Shown here piece by piece: positions 51,737-64,000 of a stretch of 64,000 bases of DNA (position 1 is the stretch's first letter; the number at the start of each line of letters is the position of its first letter). Made by a program: the position numbers and the translations under genes. Origin of the DNA: Felis catus (taxonomy: Eukaryota). Where the stretch lies: assembly GCF_018350175.1 (NCBI RefSeq), contig NC_058369.1:8248001-8312000 (forward strand), in the 5' to 3' direction. A model generated the notes under the pieces. That model had not been told where the DNA came from, ran no database searches, and was given only the letters and a program-made list of their open reading frames with translations.

Positions 51737-52240
51737 TGATTACTCTTCTTTCCTTGTATGTGTTGTCCCCCTGGGTGCCCTGAGGTCATTTTTCTAGTTG
51801 GGTCTCCCGTAGGCACAAACAGGGTAGACCCAGGACAGTTCAGCCCTTGGGAGACTGTTGGGCTTGGGGTTGGGCTTGGCTGGTGCCCATCTCAGGCCAG
51901 TCTGTCTTTGAGCAGCCCCGGGAGTGGGGACGCCAAAGGGGTGGATCCATGTGAAGCACTGGAGGTTAGATGGGGGCTGAGCAGAGTGGGCGCCTCGGGC
52001 TGGCAGCTCCCAAGCTACCCAGGAGCATATTAAGGATACACCTTCCCGGGCCCCACTTTAGCTTCTGCGACAGAATCTTGGGGTAGGGGTGGGGCTCTGT
52101 TTTAACAAGCCTTCCAGGTGGTTTTTCTGAACAGGGCAGCTTGAGGATTGATGGAGTATATGATTTCCTCTTATCGGTGGGAAGCTCATTGCGCCCAGGG
52201 GCTCTACACGGGGGTCAGAGGAGCATTCTGTCCTAGCTGA

Positions 52241-52972
<732 letters not shown>

Positions 52973-53270
52973 TAGGGAGGGGACTGAGCGAACCGACCGG
53001 GATGGGGCAGCAGTGTCAGCCGACCTGGGCCGTGCTGCCCGCATGCGTCCCCCCAGAGACAGCGTGGCGTCGGCGCTCGGGCAGGCGGGGCTGCCAGCGC
53101 GATGCAAGTTCCTCCCGCCGCCTCTCCGCTCTCCTCCCCCCACCCTGACCTCTCGTCCACACTGAGGGGCTGTTGTTGGCTGTGTCCCCTGGAGCCAGGA
53201 CTGCCCGTGGGGGTGGATGCGGGCATAAACACAGGATGCCTTTTATTCTCTTGTTTCTCCCCGTGTGCAG

Positions 53271-53369
53271 GTATGGGAGGGCCCAACATGCCCCCCCCAG
53301 GACCCTCAGGTGTGCCCCCTGGGATGCCAGGTCAGCCCCCCGGAGGGCCTCCCAAGCCTTGGCCTGAAG
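53271..53369 (+). CDS. SMARCA4: SMARCA4 exon 5 ([33 protein letters not shown])
   Basis: TGCAG acceptor after a pyrimidine tract; donor AAG|GTAAGT; 99 nt. Confidence 0.97.
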
Positions 53370-54474
53370 GTAAGTTTCCTCTGTCTTGGTGGCATGCCTG
53401 TTCCCTGCTCTTCACGAGCTTGCGCCATGCAGAACCCGAGAGGGGGCTGAGGGCAAGTCCTTGCCTTTTAGTTTTCTTTGTTTTAAATATATATTTTTTT
53501 ATAGTTTATTTATTTATTTTGAGAGAGAGCGAGCACGAGTGGGGGAGGGACAGAGAGAGAGGGAGAAAGAGAGAATCCCAAGCCAGCTCCATGCTGACAG
53601 TATGTGGGGCTCAAACTCACAAACCAGGAGATCATGACCTGAGCTGAAGTCAAACACTTAACTCACTGAGCCACCCAGGCGCCCCAAGTCCTTGCTTCTT
53701 TCGGCCTTCTTGGGTCTATCCGTCCCTGGCCCGTTCCCAGAGGTTTAAGTTTGGTTCCACTGCATGATTCCCACCCCACCTTGTCCTGTGGGTCATGGTG
53801 ATCCTGGGCTGTCTTTACCAAGAAGAGAAGGGTACTGATGAGCGAGTCCATTGCATGACTGCAGCGAGGCTGTGGGGCGGCATTGCTGTAGCCATGAATA
53901 CCAGCCGTCAGAGTTTGGGCCTCCGAGCCTGGAGGCCACGTGTGATCCCCTGGCCTCCTGAGAATATCCCCCAGTGCTGTGGGAGGCAGGCAGGGTGACA
54001 GGGTGGCTCAGGGTTCCATTTCTTCCGTGCGCAGTCTCTGTGTTCTGTGTGAAACGTGGTCTTAAGTATTGGAGAGGCGCATCTGTTGGGATGAAGCATG
54101 GGCAAAACGGACTCATTCCTCGTCCTCTCGAAGGATGAGGTTTAGTGATGGGCACTGAAGAGCTAATTGCCTCAGTAGGCTTCCTTTGGCACCGGATGAC
54201 AGTCCGGAAACTTCTGGTCCTAGGAGGCCATACGCGGCAAGACCAAACCTGTGAGCGGTGCTTGAGCAGGCGTGCCTTCGGGAAGGGGCACATACGCTGA
54301 GATCTAGAGGAAGCAGGAGGGAGTGAGACCCCTGAGCAGGAAGCAGCGTGGCAGCCTGCACGGGCTTAGTCAGCCGCGGGGACGAGCTTGTTGCCGGGGC
54401 AGGGAGTGCCCGGCGGGCTCTTCATTTACCCCTGGAATCGAGCCAGAATTCAAAGCTCTGTCTTCGCCACTTGA

Positions 54475-54759
<285 letters not shown>

Positions 54760-55849
54760 TGAGGGAGCGGCTGCCTGGGGCCCCTCACTCGGGGCGGCCC
54801 TGATGCGTGTCAGTTTGGCTCACTGTTCTGAAAGCCAGTGAGGTATGTGACCAGAGAGCTGTTACCAGCTGCCTGGTTCTCTGTATAAGTACATATCCTT
54901 CCAGAGAAATCCGGTGAATGCCTGGGTAGCCCTGTGGTCCCAGATACTACATGGCGTGCACGCCGTTCGTCCGTGGGAGCATAGCTTAGATCATTCTTTG
55001 TTTGTACAAAGTGAGCTTTTCTTTCTTTCTCTCTTTTTAAGTTTATTTTGAGAGAGAGTGAGTGTGTGCTTTGTGGGGGGTGGGTGGCAGAGAGAGAGGG
55101 AGAGAGAGTCCCAAGCAGGCCCCACACTGTCATTGCAGAGCTTGATGTGGGGCTTGAACTCATGAACTGTGGGATCATGACCTGAGCCAAAATCAAGGGT
55201 CAGACACTTAGCCGACTGAGCCTCCCAGGTGCCCCAGTGAGGTTTCCTTTTTTGCACGCATGGTATCTACCTGGGGGCTATACCATAATTTATTCAGCCG
55301 TAATAAGGGATGTCAGGTTGTTTTGAATCCCCACCCGCAATCTTTTGTTAAAACAGTACTATATGCACATGTGTCAGAATAAATCCATAAAACTGCCATT
55401 GCTTGGGTATGGGGGACACATGCAGGGAAATTTTCCGAGAGTCTGCAAAATGGCCCTCTGCAGAGGCTGTCCCAGTAGGTGTGGGAATGGAAGGGCCGTT
55501 TCTCCTTGCTGATGTTCGGCTCATGAACACTCCAGAAGCAACCGGTCAAGCTTTGTGATGGGCCCTTCCCAAACATCACTAGTTGTTGGCTGCTTTGCCA
55601 AGGCCTTCTGGGTGTCAGGGGCTGGCTGCGGTGCCAGGCACACGGCAGGTCTGAATCACTCTATCCCATACTGCTGGGGCACCTCAGATTTGCCTCCTGA
55701 GCACCCTGTACCTTCCTCTCCCTTTTTTCCATTGCATTGATAATTTATTCAGGGCTGGCCTCCCTTGACGAATGTAAGCTCCGTGAGGGAGGGCTGGGCC
55801 TCATTCGCCGTAATCCCCAGATGTATCAGGAAATCTTTGCCCAATAACA

Positions 55850-56672
55850 GTCTCCAGAATGCCTCCCCAGCTGTGATGTGCTCCGGAGCTCCCACCCCTG
55901 TACCCAGACACCTCCCTTCCAGCTGCATTTAGACAGCTTAAACGTGGCCTTTCCGGATGTCCTCCTGTCCTTCCCCCCACCGTTTCCTTCCAGTCTCTGT
56001 TCCATGCACCCGGCAGCAGCTCATTGGGCCGGACCCTGCAGCCCCTTGACTATCGCTCGCCCTCCCTCACCCTCCGTGTCCTCATCTCAGCTTTCCTCCT
56101 CCATCCCAGGAACTGGTGGCCTTCTTCACACTGTGGACGCAGCCACCTGGTCTGCCCCACCTATACACCCTCAGTGGTGCAGCCTGTTTGCCACACAGCA
56201 GTGTGAAGTCTCTTCTAAGTGACTTCTTTAGATCTCTTCCCCAGGTTCAAATCTGCCATTAGTGTCCCATTGCCCATCCAGGAAGCGCCTTTTTGTTTTT
56301 AGTCCCTGCCCGAGGCTTTGTCCTTGCCTATTCCACTCTCCCTGTTCCTCTTTCTGTTGAGTAAGTTAGACTCATTACTGCTCCAGGGCCTTTACAGAGG
56401 CTGGGCTTGATTCTTTGGCTAATTTAGGCCTAATTGCTGAGGTCACCTGCCCAAAGTGGCCCTGTCCACCTTCCTCACTTCCGGCTCCCTTCTCAGAGTA
56501 CATGGTACTCTCTGGAATTAGTGTAAACATTTTTAACTGCTTTATGGCCTGTCTTGTTGATAAGCTTGTGAGCTCTGTGAGAATAACAAATATCCCTGTT
56601 AGTCTTGTTTAGTGCTAAGGTCTAACACCTGGGTCAGTCCCTGGCACACAGTAGGTGCTTAATAAATATGCG
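55850..56672 (+). mobile_element. LINE-2 fragment(s) in intron 6
   Basis: Ends CCTGGCACACAGTAGGTGCTTAATAAATATG, the L2 3' terminus. Confidence 0.7.
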
Positions 56673-57006
56673 AAACACTGAGAAGGGGGATTATCGCATT
56701 TGAACTTTAAGATGAAGCCTGTAGGGTTGCTCTGCGCATTCTCCCTAGGCGAATTAGAGACCCGGGGCTGGGGTAGAGACGCTGGTCTGCCTCCATAAGC
56801 CGCTCACACTGCTGGGATGTCAGAAGGCAGGTGTGCCCTGGCGGGTTCTGGTTTCTGTGCCTGTCCTCCTCTTTGTGTGTTGTGCGCTGTGGCTGGCGTC
56901 CTTTATTGAGCTATTTCTTGTCTCGTCACCGGGATCTGCCTTCCTTGAGAGGTAGGTTCTCCTGAAGCTCCACCTTTAAAGAGAGGGAACAGAGGAGCTC
57001 CTGTGA

Positions 57007-57249
<243 letters not shown>

Positions 57250-57674
57250 TAAACGCGCCTTGACGTTGAGAGCAGCAGTGTCCTTGCGTCCTCATTAGCT
57301 GGCTGCGCATCTCTCCTCTCGTGTCGTGCACAGCGGTGGGACAGTAGCCGTTCTTGGGATGAGTAGTTGTGCGTCTTCCCTAAGACATCACGTCGCATTT
57401 GGAAACAGTAGACTTAAAAATGGGCCTGTTTCTGAGGGTGCTTTAATTTTGAATGACCCGTAAGAAGTATTTTCTGTGGGATTGACGATAGGTGAAGCTG
57501 GAGACCTCTGAAGGTGTGAGAGAACCTTCTGCTGGGTGTCCAAAAGCAGTTGTCTCCTGACCTGTGCTTGCGCTACCCATGGGCCCCCTCCAGATGGCAT
57601 TTAGCAAGGATCCTTCCGGAAATCCAGAGCAGCGTTCTGTCTAGCTTGGGATGTGTAGTTACTCGTGGACCTGA

Positions 57675-57983
<309 letters not shown>

Positions 57984-59083
57984 TAACGGTATTCTGGGCA
58001 CCGAGAGTATGTCCGTGGACAAAACCAAACGGCGGTGGGAGGACGGGCCATAATCACATATACCACGTTGGGAGGTGGTGGAGTATGAAGAGGCGTAAAG
58101 CAGGGGTGGATGGAGGGTGACGGAGGGGCTGTTTACACAGTGTGGATCTGAGTGGAGACCTGAGGGAGGGTAGCCACAGGGACATGTGGGCAAGCAACTT
58201 TGCAGATCCAGGGGAAGATGCAAAGGCCCTGGGGCTGGAATGTGCCCTGTGTTCTCTGGCCAGCAGGGATCCCAGGGTGGGGAGACGGGGAGGATGGGGA
58301 GGTGACGGGCAGAGCTTCTGGGCCGAGGGCACAACTTGGGCCTTTGCTCTGAGTGAGGGGGGAGCCATGGAGGGTCCTGAGCAGAGGAGGCCGTGATCTG
58401 ACTTTACTTTCACAAGATCAGTCAGGAAGACCAAATCTTTGTGGAGTAGGATGTGGGGATGATTCTGTTTATTTGCTCATTTCCATTTTTTTTTTTTTTT
58501 TGGTAAGTTTTTTAAATTTTATTTTGAGAGAGAGTGAGAGAGAGGGTGGGGGAGGGGCAGAGAAGGAGAGAGAATCCCAAGCAGGCTCCATGCTGCCAGC
58601 GCAGAGTGCAACGCAGGGCCTGAACTCACAAACCGCAAGGTCATGACCTGAGCTGAAATCAGGAGTCGGATGCTTAACCGAATGAGCCACCCAGGCGCCC
58701 CATTTGCTCATTTACATTTTCTAAAGCTCTTTACCCTCTATCTAACACTGGTAACCACTGTTAGCAAGGGTTTTTGGTATATATCATTCCAGGTAGCTTT
58801 CTTGTGTGTGCACAGAATAATCAGAAGTTAAGTAGCCACCTGTAAACAAATACGTACACACGTTCTAAGTATTGTGGAAGCATGATTTTTAACATGTATG
58901 TTGTGTTCCTTAGTGTGTCCAGCATCCAGTAATTTATGCAACCATTTTCCTGTTCGGGCACAGGTAGCATGTTCTCAACCTTCCAGTGTTAAAGAGAACG
59001 CTAAACTGGGCATTCTTGTATTTGAATTCTTTTGGCCAATATCTGCTCGTTTTCCTTAAAGTAAATTCCTGGCAGGGGAATAA

Positions 59084-59656
<573 letters not shown>

Positions 59657-59859
59657 TAGCGCTGGGACAGAGAGAAAGAACGGGCTTGGGTTTGGGCGTC
59701 CAAGAGACCTGGTCTGAGACCTTTGCCTCTTCATTCCACCAGTGATCAGAAGACCTTAGGCTGGTTAGCTGGTGGCTCTGTGTTCTCCCCAGAAAAGGGA
59801 GGGGGCACCGACTCCAGGTTCGAGAGTGACCGATGTGATCCCTGTCCTCCGTCCCACCC

Positions 59860-60560
59860 TTTGTGTCTGGCTATTCAGAGGCGATTCTCCAGCTGGGCAG
59901 ATATTGGCAGGCACTGCTCTAGGTACATGGCCACAGGAGTAAGAAGCGTGCAGTCCCTACCCTCACGGCTGCCCCCGCTGGCCCTAGAGAGGCAGGTGCC
60001 CAGGCGGAACCAACTAGATCATTTTGGATGGTGTGAAGTACACTGACAAGAAAGAGGCAGGACGAGGGAGTGGGGGTTTATGGGGTGTTCTGGGAGGGTG
60101 GGCATGACTCCCTGGATGAAGTGCCTCCCAGGGATAGAGGAACCAAGGTTAAGAGCCTGAAGTGGCAGAAAGCCAAGTGCGAGGCACAGCAGGCAGCCCT
60201 TAGAATAGTGTGGTGAGGGCATGAGTGATGCCAGAGTCCCTAGGGCAGTCCTGTTGGGCCTTGTAGGCCATGAGGAAGGCTTTAGATTTAATTCTGAGCG
60301 TGAGTGGGAGCCACAGGAGGCTATAAACTGGGGGTGACATGATCAGGTTTATTATCAGAAAGCCAGGAGGGGCCTGCTGCACGCGTCTGTGACGGTAAAA
60401 TGGCCCAGACCAGAGCGAGTGTTGGATTTGGGGTGTATCTGTGGACACAGGGGCCAAGACTTGCTGTTGGCCTTTTCCGATGACCTCTGGCAGAAGCATG
60501 TCTGTTTAGCAGGCCCCCTCAGGGTCCACCCTGGGTAGAGGTTGAGGAAATACTGAAGGG
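59860..60560 (-). mobile_element. LINE-2 fragment in intron 9
   Basis: GGGCCTTGTAGGCCATGAGGAAGGCTTTAGATTTAATTCTGAGCGTGAGTGGGAGCCAC, antisense L2; a similar piece lies at 58040-58420. Confidence 0.65.
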
Positions 60561-60750
60561 GGAGTCGATAGCTACGTGGAGGGTGTGTATGCAGCACGGC
60601 CGTGGTGGAGGCCCAACACTCCCTTAGTGCGGGCTGGTTGCCGGTTAGCAACCCCCAGTGGCCTTCTTGACCCCGGGTTCCCTGCCCTGGGCGCTGATGG
60701 ACAAGCATGTGTCTCTTGCAAGCAAACGCCATAACCTTGCCGTTCTGCAG

Positions 60751-60918
60751 GCTGAAGATGAGGAGGGCTACCGCAAGCTCATCGACCAGAAAAAGGACAA
60801 ACGCCTGGCCTACCTCTTGCAGCAGACGGACGAGTACGTGGCGAACCTCACAGAGCTGGTGCGGCAGCACAAGGCTGCCCAGGTCGCCAAGGAGAAAAAG
60901 AAGAAAAAGAAAAAGAAG
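60751..60918 (+). CDS. SMARCA4: SMARCA4 exon 10 ([56 protein letters not shown])
   Basis: TTCTGCAG acceptor; donor AAG|GTGCGC; 168 nt; post-HSA motif [11 protein letters not shown]. Confidence 0.98.
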
Positions 60919-61035
60919 GTGCGCTGGGACCCCGCCCCGTGCCTGCCCTCCTGATGGGACCCGAGCAGCCGTCTTGGTGCGGGTGCCGCTGCCTCCCCAG
61001 GCAGGGAGTGACCGTGTCTCTCTCTTTACTTCCAG

Positions 61036-61086
61036 AAGGCAGAAAACGCAGAAGGACAGACGCCTGCAATCGGACCTGATGGCGAG
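61036..61086 (+). CDS. SMARCA4: SMARCA4 exon 11 (KAENAEGQTPAIGPDGE); gene continues beyond the window
   Basis: TTCCAG acceptor after a 117-nt intron; donor GAG|GTGAGG; 51 nt. Confidence 0.95.
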
Positions 61087-61339
61087 GTGAGGAATCAGGG
61101 GCTTCCTGGAAATGCCAGCCCAGCCCTGGGAGCTTCAATCTATTTCCTCCTTTACATTTTTATAGCTGTTTAAAGCTCATCAGAGCTCTGTGTGACAGTG
61201 GTAAGAATCCACATCTGTCCCCTGCCGCGTCCCACCCCTCCTCAACCCCACCCCCAGGAGGGTACGTGGTTAACTCCTGGGTGTGTTTGCTTCCAGACTT
61301 TTTTCTTTTGCACATGCCATTGTTTTTCAGTTTTAACTC

Positions 61340-63260
61340 TTTCATAATTACAGGCCACAGGATTCCTGCCTAGTCCTCACCTGGGTTCCCCGTTTCCACA
61401 CACCACTTTTTCCGAAACCGTTTGGGAGATGCAGACAGGACAGCCCTTTACCCCCCACTGTATTTCCTAAAAACAAGGTCTGTCTTTTCCATGGATGCAA
61501 TAATACTATGATCAGATCCACAGCTCTTGTTAAGGTTTGGCCAGCTGTCCCTTTAGTGTCCTTCACTGCGACTCCGTGGCCGAGCGTCTCATTCAGTGAC
61601 GGTCTGTCTGGTCTCCTTTGATCTTGAACAGCTCCTCACTTCTTAGCCTTTTCTGACCTTGGCATTTCTGAAGAGAACAAGCCAAGTATTTCCTATAATG
61701 GCTTTTAATTTGGGTTTGACTTGCTATTTCCCTTTTGGTTAGATTCGGGTTATGTGTTCTTGGCAACAAGACCCAGAAGTGACGCTGTGTTCTTCTCTGT
61801 GCGTCACGTCGAGAGTGCATGGCGTAGACTTCTTCAGTCACTGGTGACATTGACCTTGATCCCTTGGTGTCTGCCGGGGCATCTCTGCTGAAAAGTTACT
61901 GTTTCTCATTTTGTGATTATTAAGTACCTTCTGGGGAGGTACTGGAGGCTCTTTAAACATATTTTAACTCCTCAAACTTGTACCCACTAGCTTCTGTATC
62001 CATTAATGACCTCCGCCTGTATCCGTTTTTGCCATGATGGTTACGTTATGGTGATTTCCTGCTCCCCCCACTCCACCCTGATTTCTTCTGCATTTTGTAG
62101 GTGACTTTCTACAGGAAGGAAAAGCTTTTTGTCTTCTTTCCTCTGTGGCTCTTGGAACAGTTTGCCAACCCCTTGTACCAACTCATAGGATTCTGTTTTA
62201 GTTTAATCCTTACGGTCATTATCTTGAAGTTCAAATTGTTTGAATTTGGGCCAGTAGGAGCCCCTTCAGATTGGCTCACGTATCTTTTGAGGGCTTCCTT
62301 CCTTCTTGCACACTGAAATGGCCCAAGTTCATCTTCTGCTTTCTCTGCCCAAACCCTGGAAGTCAGTCATTTCTCCACGGTGCCTTGGTTCTTTTTACCA
62401 GAGAAGAATATGTGAAAAAACAAGATCTCTCTTTCTCTGTCTCTATTTCTGTTTATTATATATGTAAGTAAGGTAAGTTGGCAAGCTCTATGCCCAAGTG
62501 TGGCTTGAACTCAACGATCCTGAGATCAAGAGTCGCATGCTCTACTAACTGAGCCAGCTGGGTGGCCATCAAGATCTCGCTTTAGACGTGATTATTGGTA
62601 CAGGTTGTCATTGCTTCTAGGCCTTCTTAGCAAAAAGATCTAGGAAATCAGTTTATATCTGCATCACTAGTTCTATATATTCAGAGCCTTCAGTTCACAT
62701 GGATACTTCTGTGTGTAATCCTTCTCTCTTTCCATACCGTAACAGCCTGAAACCTGGCTTCCATTAGCCATGCTATATTTCCTTATTTGCTCAGTCTTAG
62801 AACATACAGGAAGTAATTCAGAATTGCTAACTTGCACCCTTCTGCAAAGGAAGCCTCCTGGCTACTTTAGTTTGTGTTTGGAGCTATTCAGCCTGAAATT
62901 GTGTGCTTCAAATACTGCATTTGAAAGTTACTTGGAGGGGGCGTCTGAGTGGCTTGGTCAGTTGAGCATCAAACTCGGTATCGGCTCAGGTCATGATCCC
63001 AGGGTCATGAGATCAAGCCCCACGTTGGGCTCCGCGTTGGTCTTGGAGCCTGCTTGAGATTCTCTCCCTCCCTCTCTCCTCCTCTCTCCTCTTCTCTCCC
63101 TCTCTCTCCTGCTCTGCGCCACCCCACCCCGAAAGTTACTTGGATTAGTTTTTCTCTGTGCTCTCATTAGTGTGGGTTCCCCCATCCTTGTTGGTTTTAC
63201 TTATTTACTCATCATTTATTTCGTATGTGAAACGTGACTAGCCTGCTTCTAAAAGTCAGA
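61340..63260 (-). mobile_element. Old antisense L1 (L1MC/ME-like) fragments in intron 11, with SINEs at ~62470-62570 and 62937-63130
   Basis: TTTTCTGACCTTGGCATTTCTGAAGAG, CTGGAAGTCAGTCATTTCTCCACGGTGCCTTGGTTCTTTTTA. Confidence 0.6.
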
Positions 63261-64000
63261 ACTGTGCAAAGTGGCCCATTCAGGGAGGGGCTGCTGTCCC
63301 CACGCACCGTTTTTTCTACCACATTCCTACCCGCCTCCCAAAAGCAGCCATTCTCACTCAGTACTCTCATTTGTTTAAAAGGGACAGACGTTTAAAAGGG
63401 ACAGACGTAAATAAGAGGCGTTTCCTTTCCCGCCGCCCGCCCCCACGCCCTCCTCACTCCCACCTCCCAGAGGAAAAGTGTGAGTAAGCGTTGGGGTGTT
63501 GGCTCTGGGGCCTTTTCTGTATGTGAGCCACCAGATGGTTTTCTTTTTCCAGCTTTGCATTCTGTCTCTGACGTCTTCCCACATTAGCTCACACACGCTC
63601 TCCTTATTCTTTGCGGTGTTGCCGAAATGTAGTATTTCTTGCAGAAAATATCTAAATGGTTTGATGAGAAGCAGAAGCCCCTGTGGCACCTGCTCTCACG
63701 AGCCTGCATGTTGAGCCCTGGTTGGTCTTCCCTGCACCTCCTGGAATCTTTTTGCCTGTGTCCTTTTTTGGGTGGTTGTAAGACCACTTGGGGCAATCTG
63801 GACATTAAGCTAGACTCTTTCCATTTAGCAGAGTGTCTTGGGCCACTGTCCATATCAGGCCATTAATTCTGTTTTAATTTTATCATTTCGATGTATTGGA
63901 ATCTCATTCAGCTTTCAGACTGGTAGTTTAGTTCGCTTCCTATTCGTAGCTGTCTGGAAGGTCCTGCACTGCTTGGTCCTGATGCACCACCCCCTGCTCC

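Overview
Mammalian genomic DNA from a felid, judged by about 65-70 carnivore CAN-SINEs counted by eye, several of the young cat-type SINEC_Fc kind. Bases 1-30.8 kb are repeat-dense intergenic sequence (SINEs, old L1/L2, MaLR, MER21-type and MLT2 LTRs, Tigger1) with no recognisable gene. A CpG-island promoter at about 30.8-32.0 kb drives SMARCA4 (BRG1, the SWI/SNF ATPase) on the + strand. It has a non-coding exon 1 ending at 31529, a 17.7-kb intron 1, and coding exons 2-11 (49270-61086). These splice with GT-AG boundaries into one open 1812-nt frame (aa 1-604: Pro/Gly-rich N-terminus, QLQ, HSA, poly-Lys); the gene continues past the window end. I found no convincing novel gene or biological system. 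The more interesting observations are small-scale: splice-site oddities, an antisense splice donor inside exon 1, a sense solo LTR in intron 1, inverted SINE arrays, a C9orf72-type (GGCCCC)4 coding repeat and a duplicated RFX X-box. Repeat family names and boundaries come from visual recognition and are approximate.
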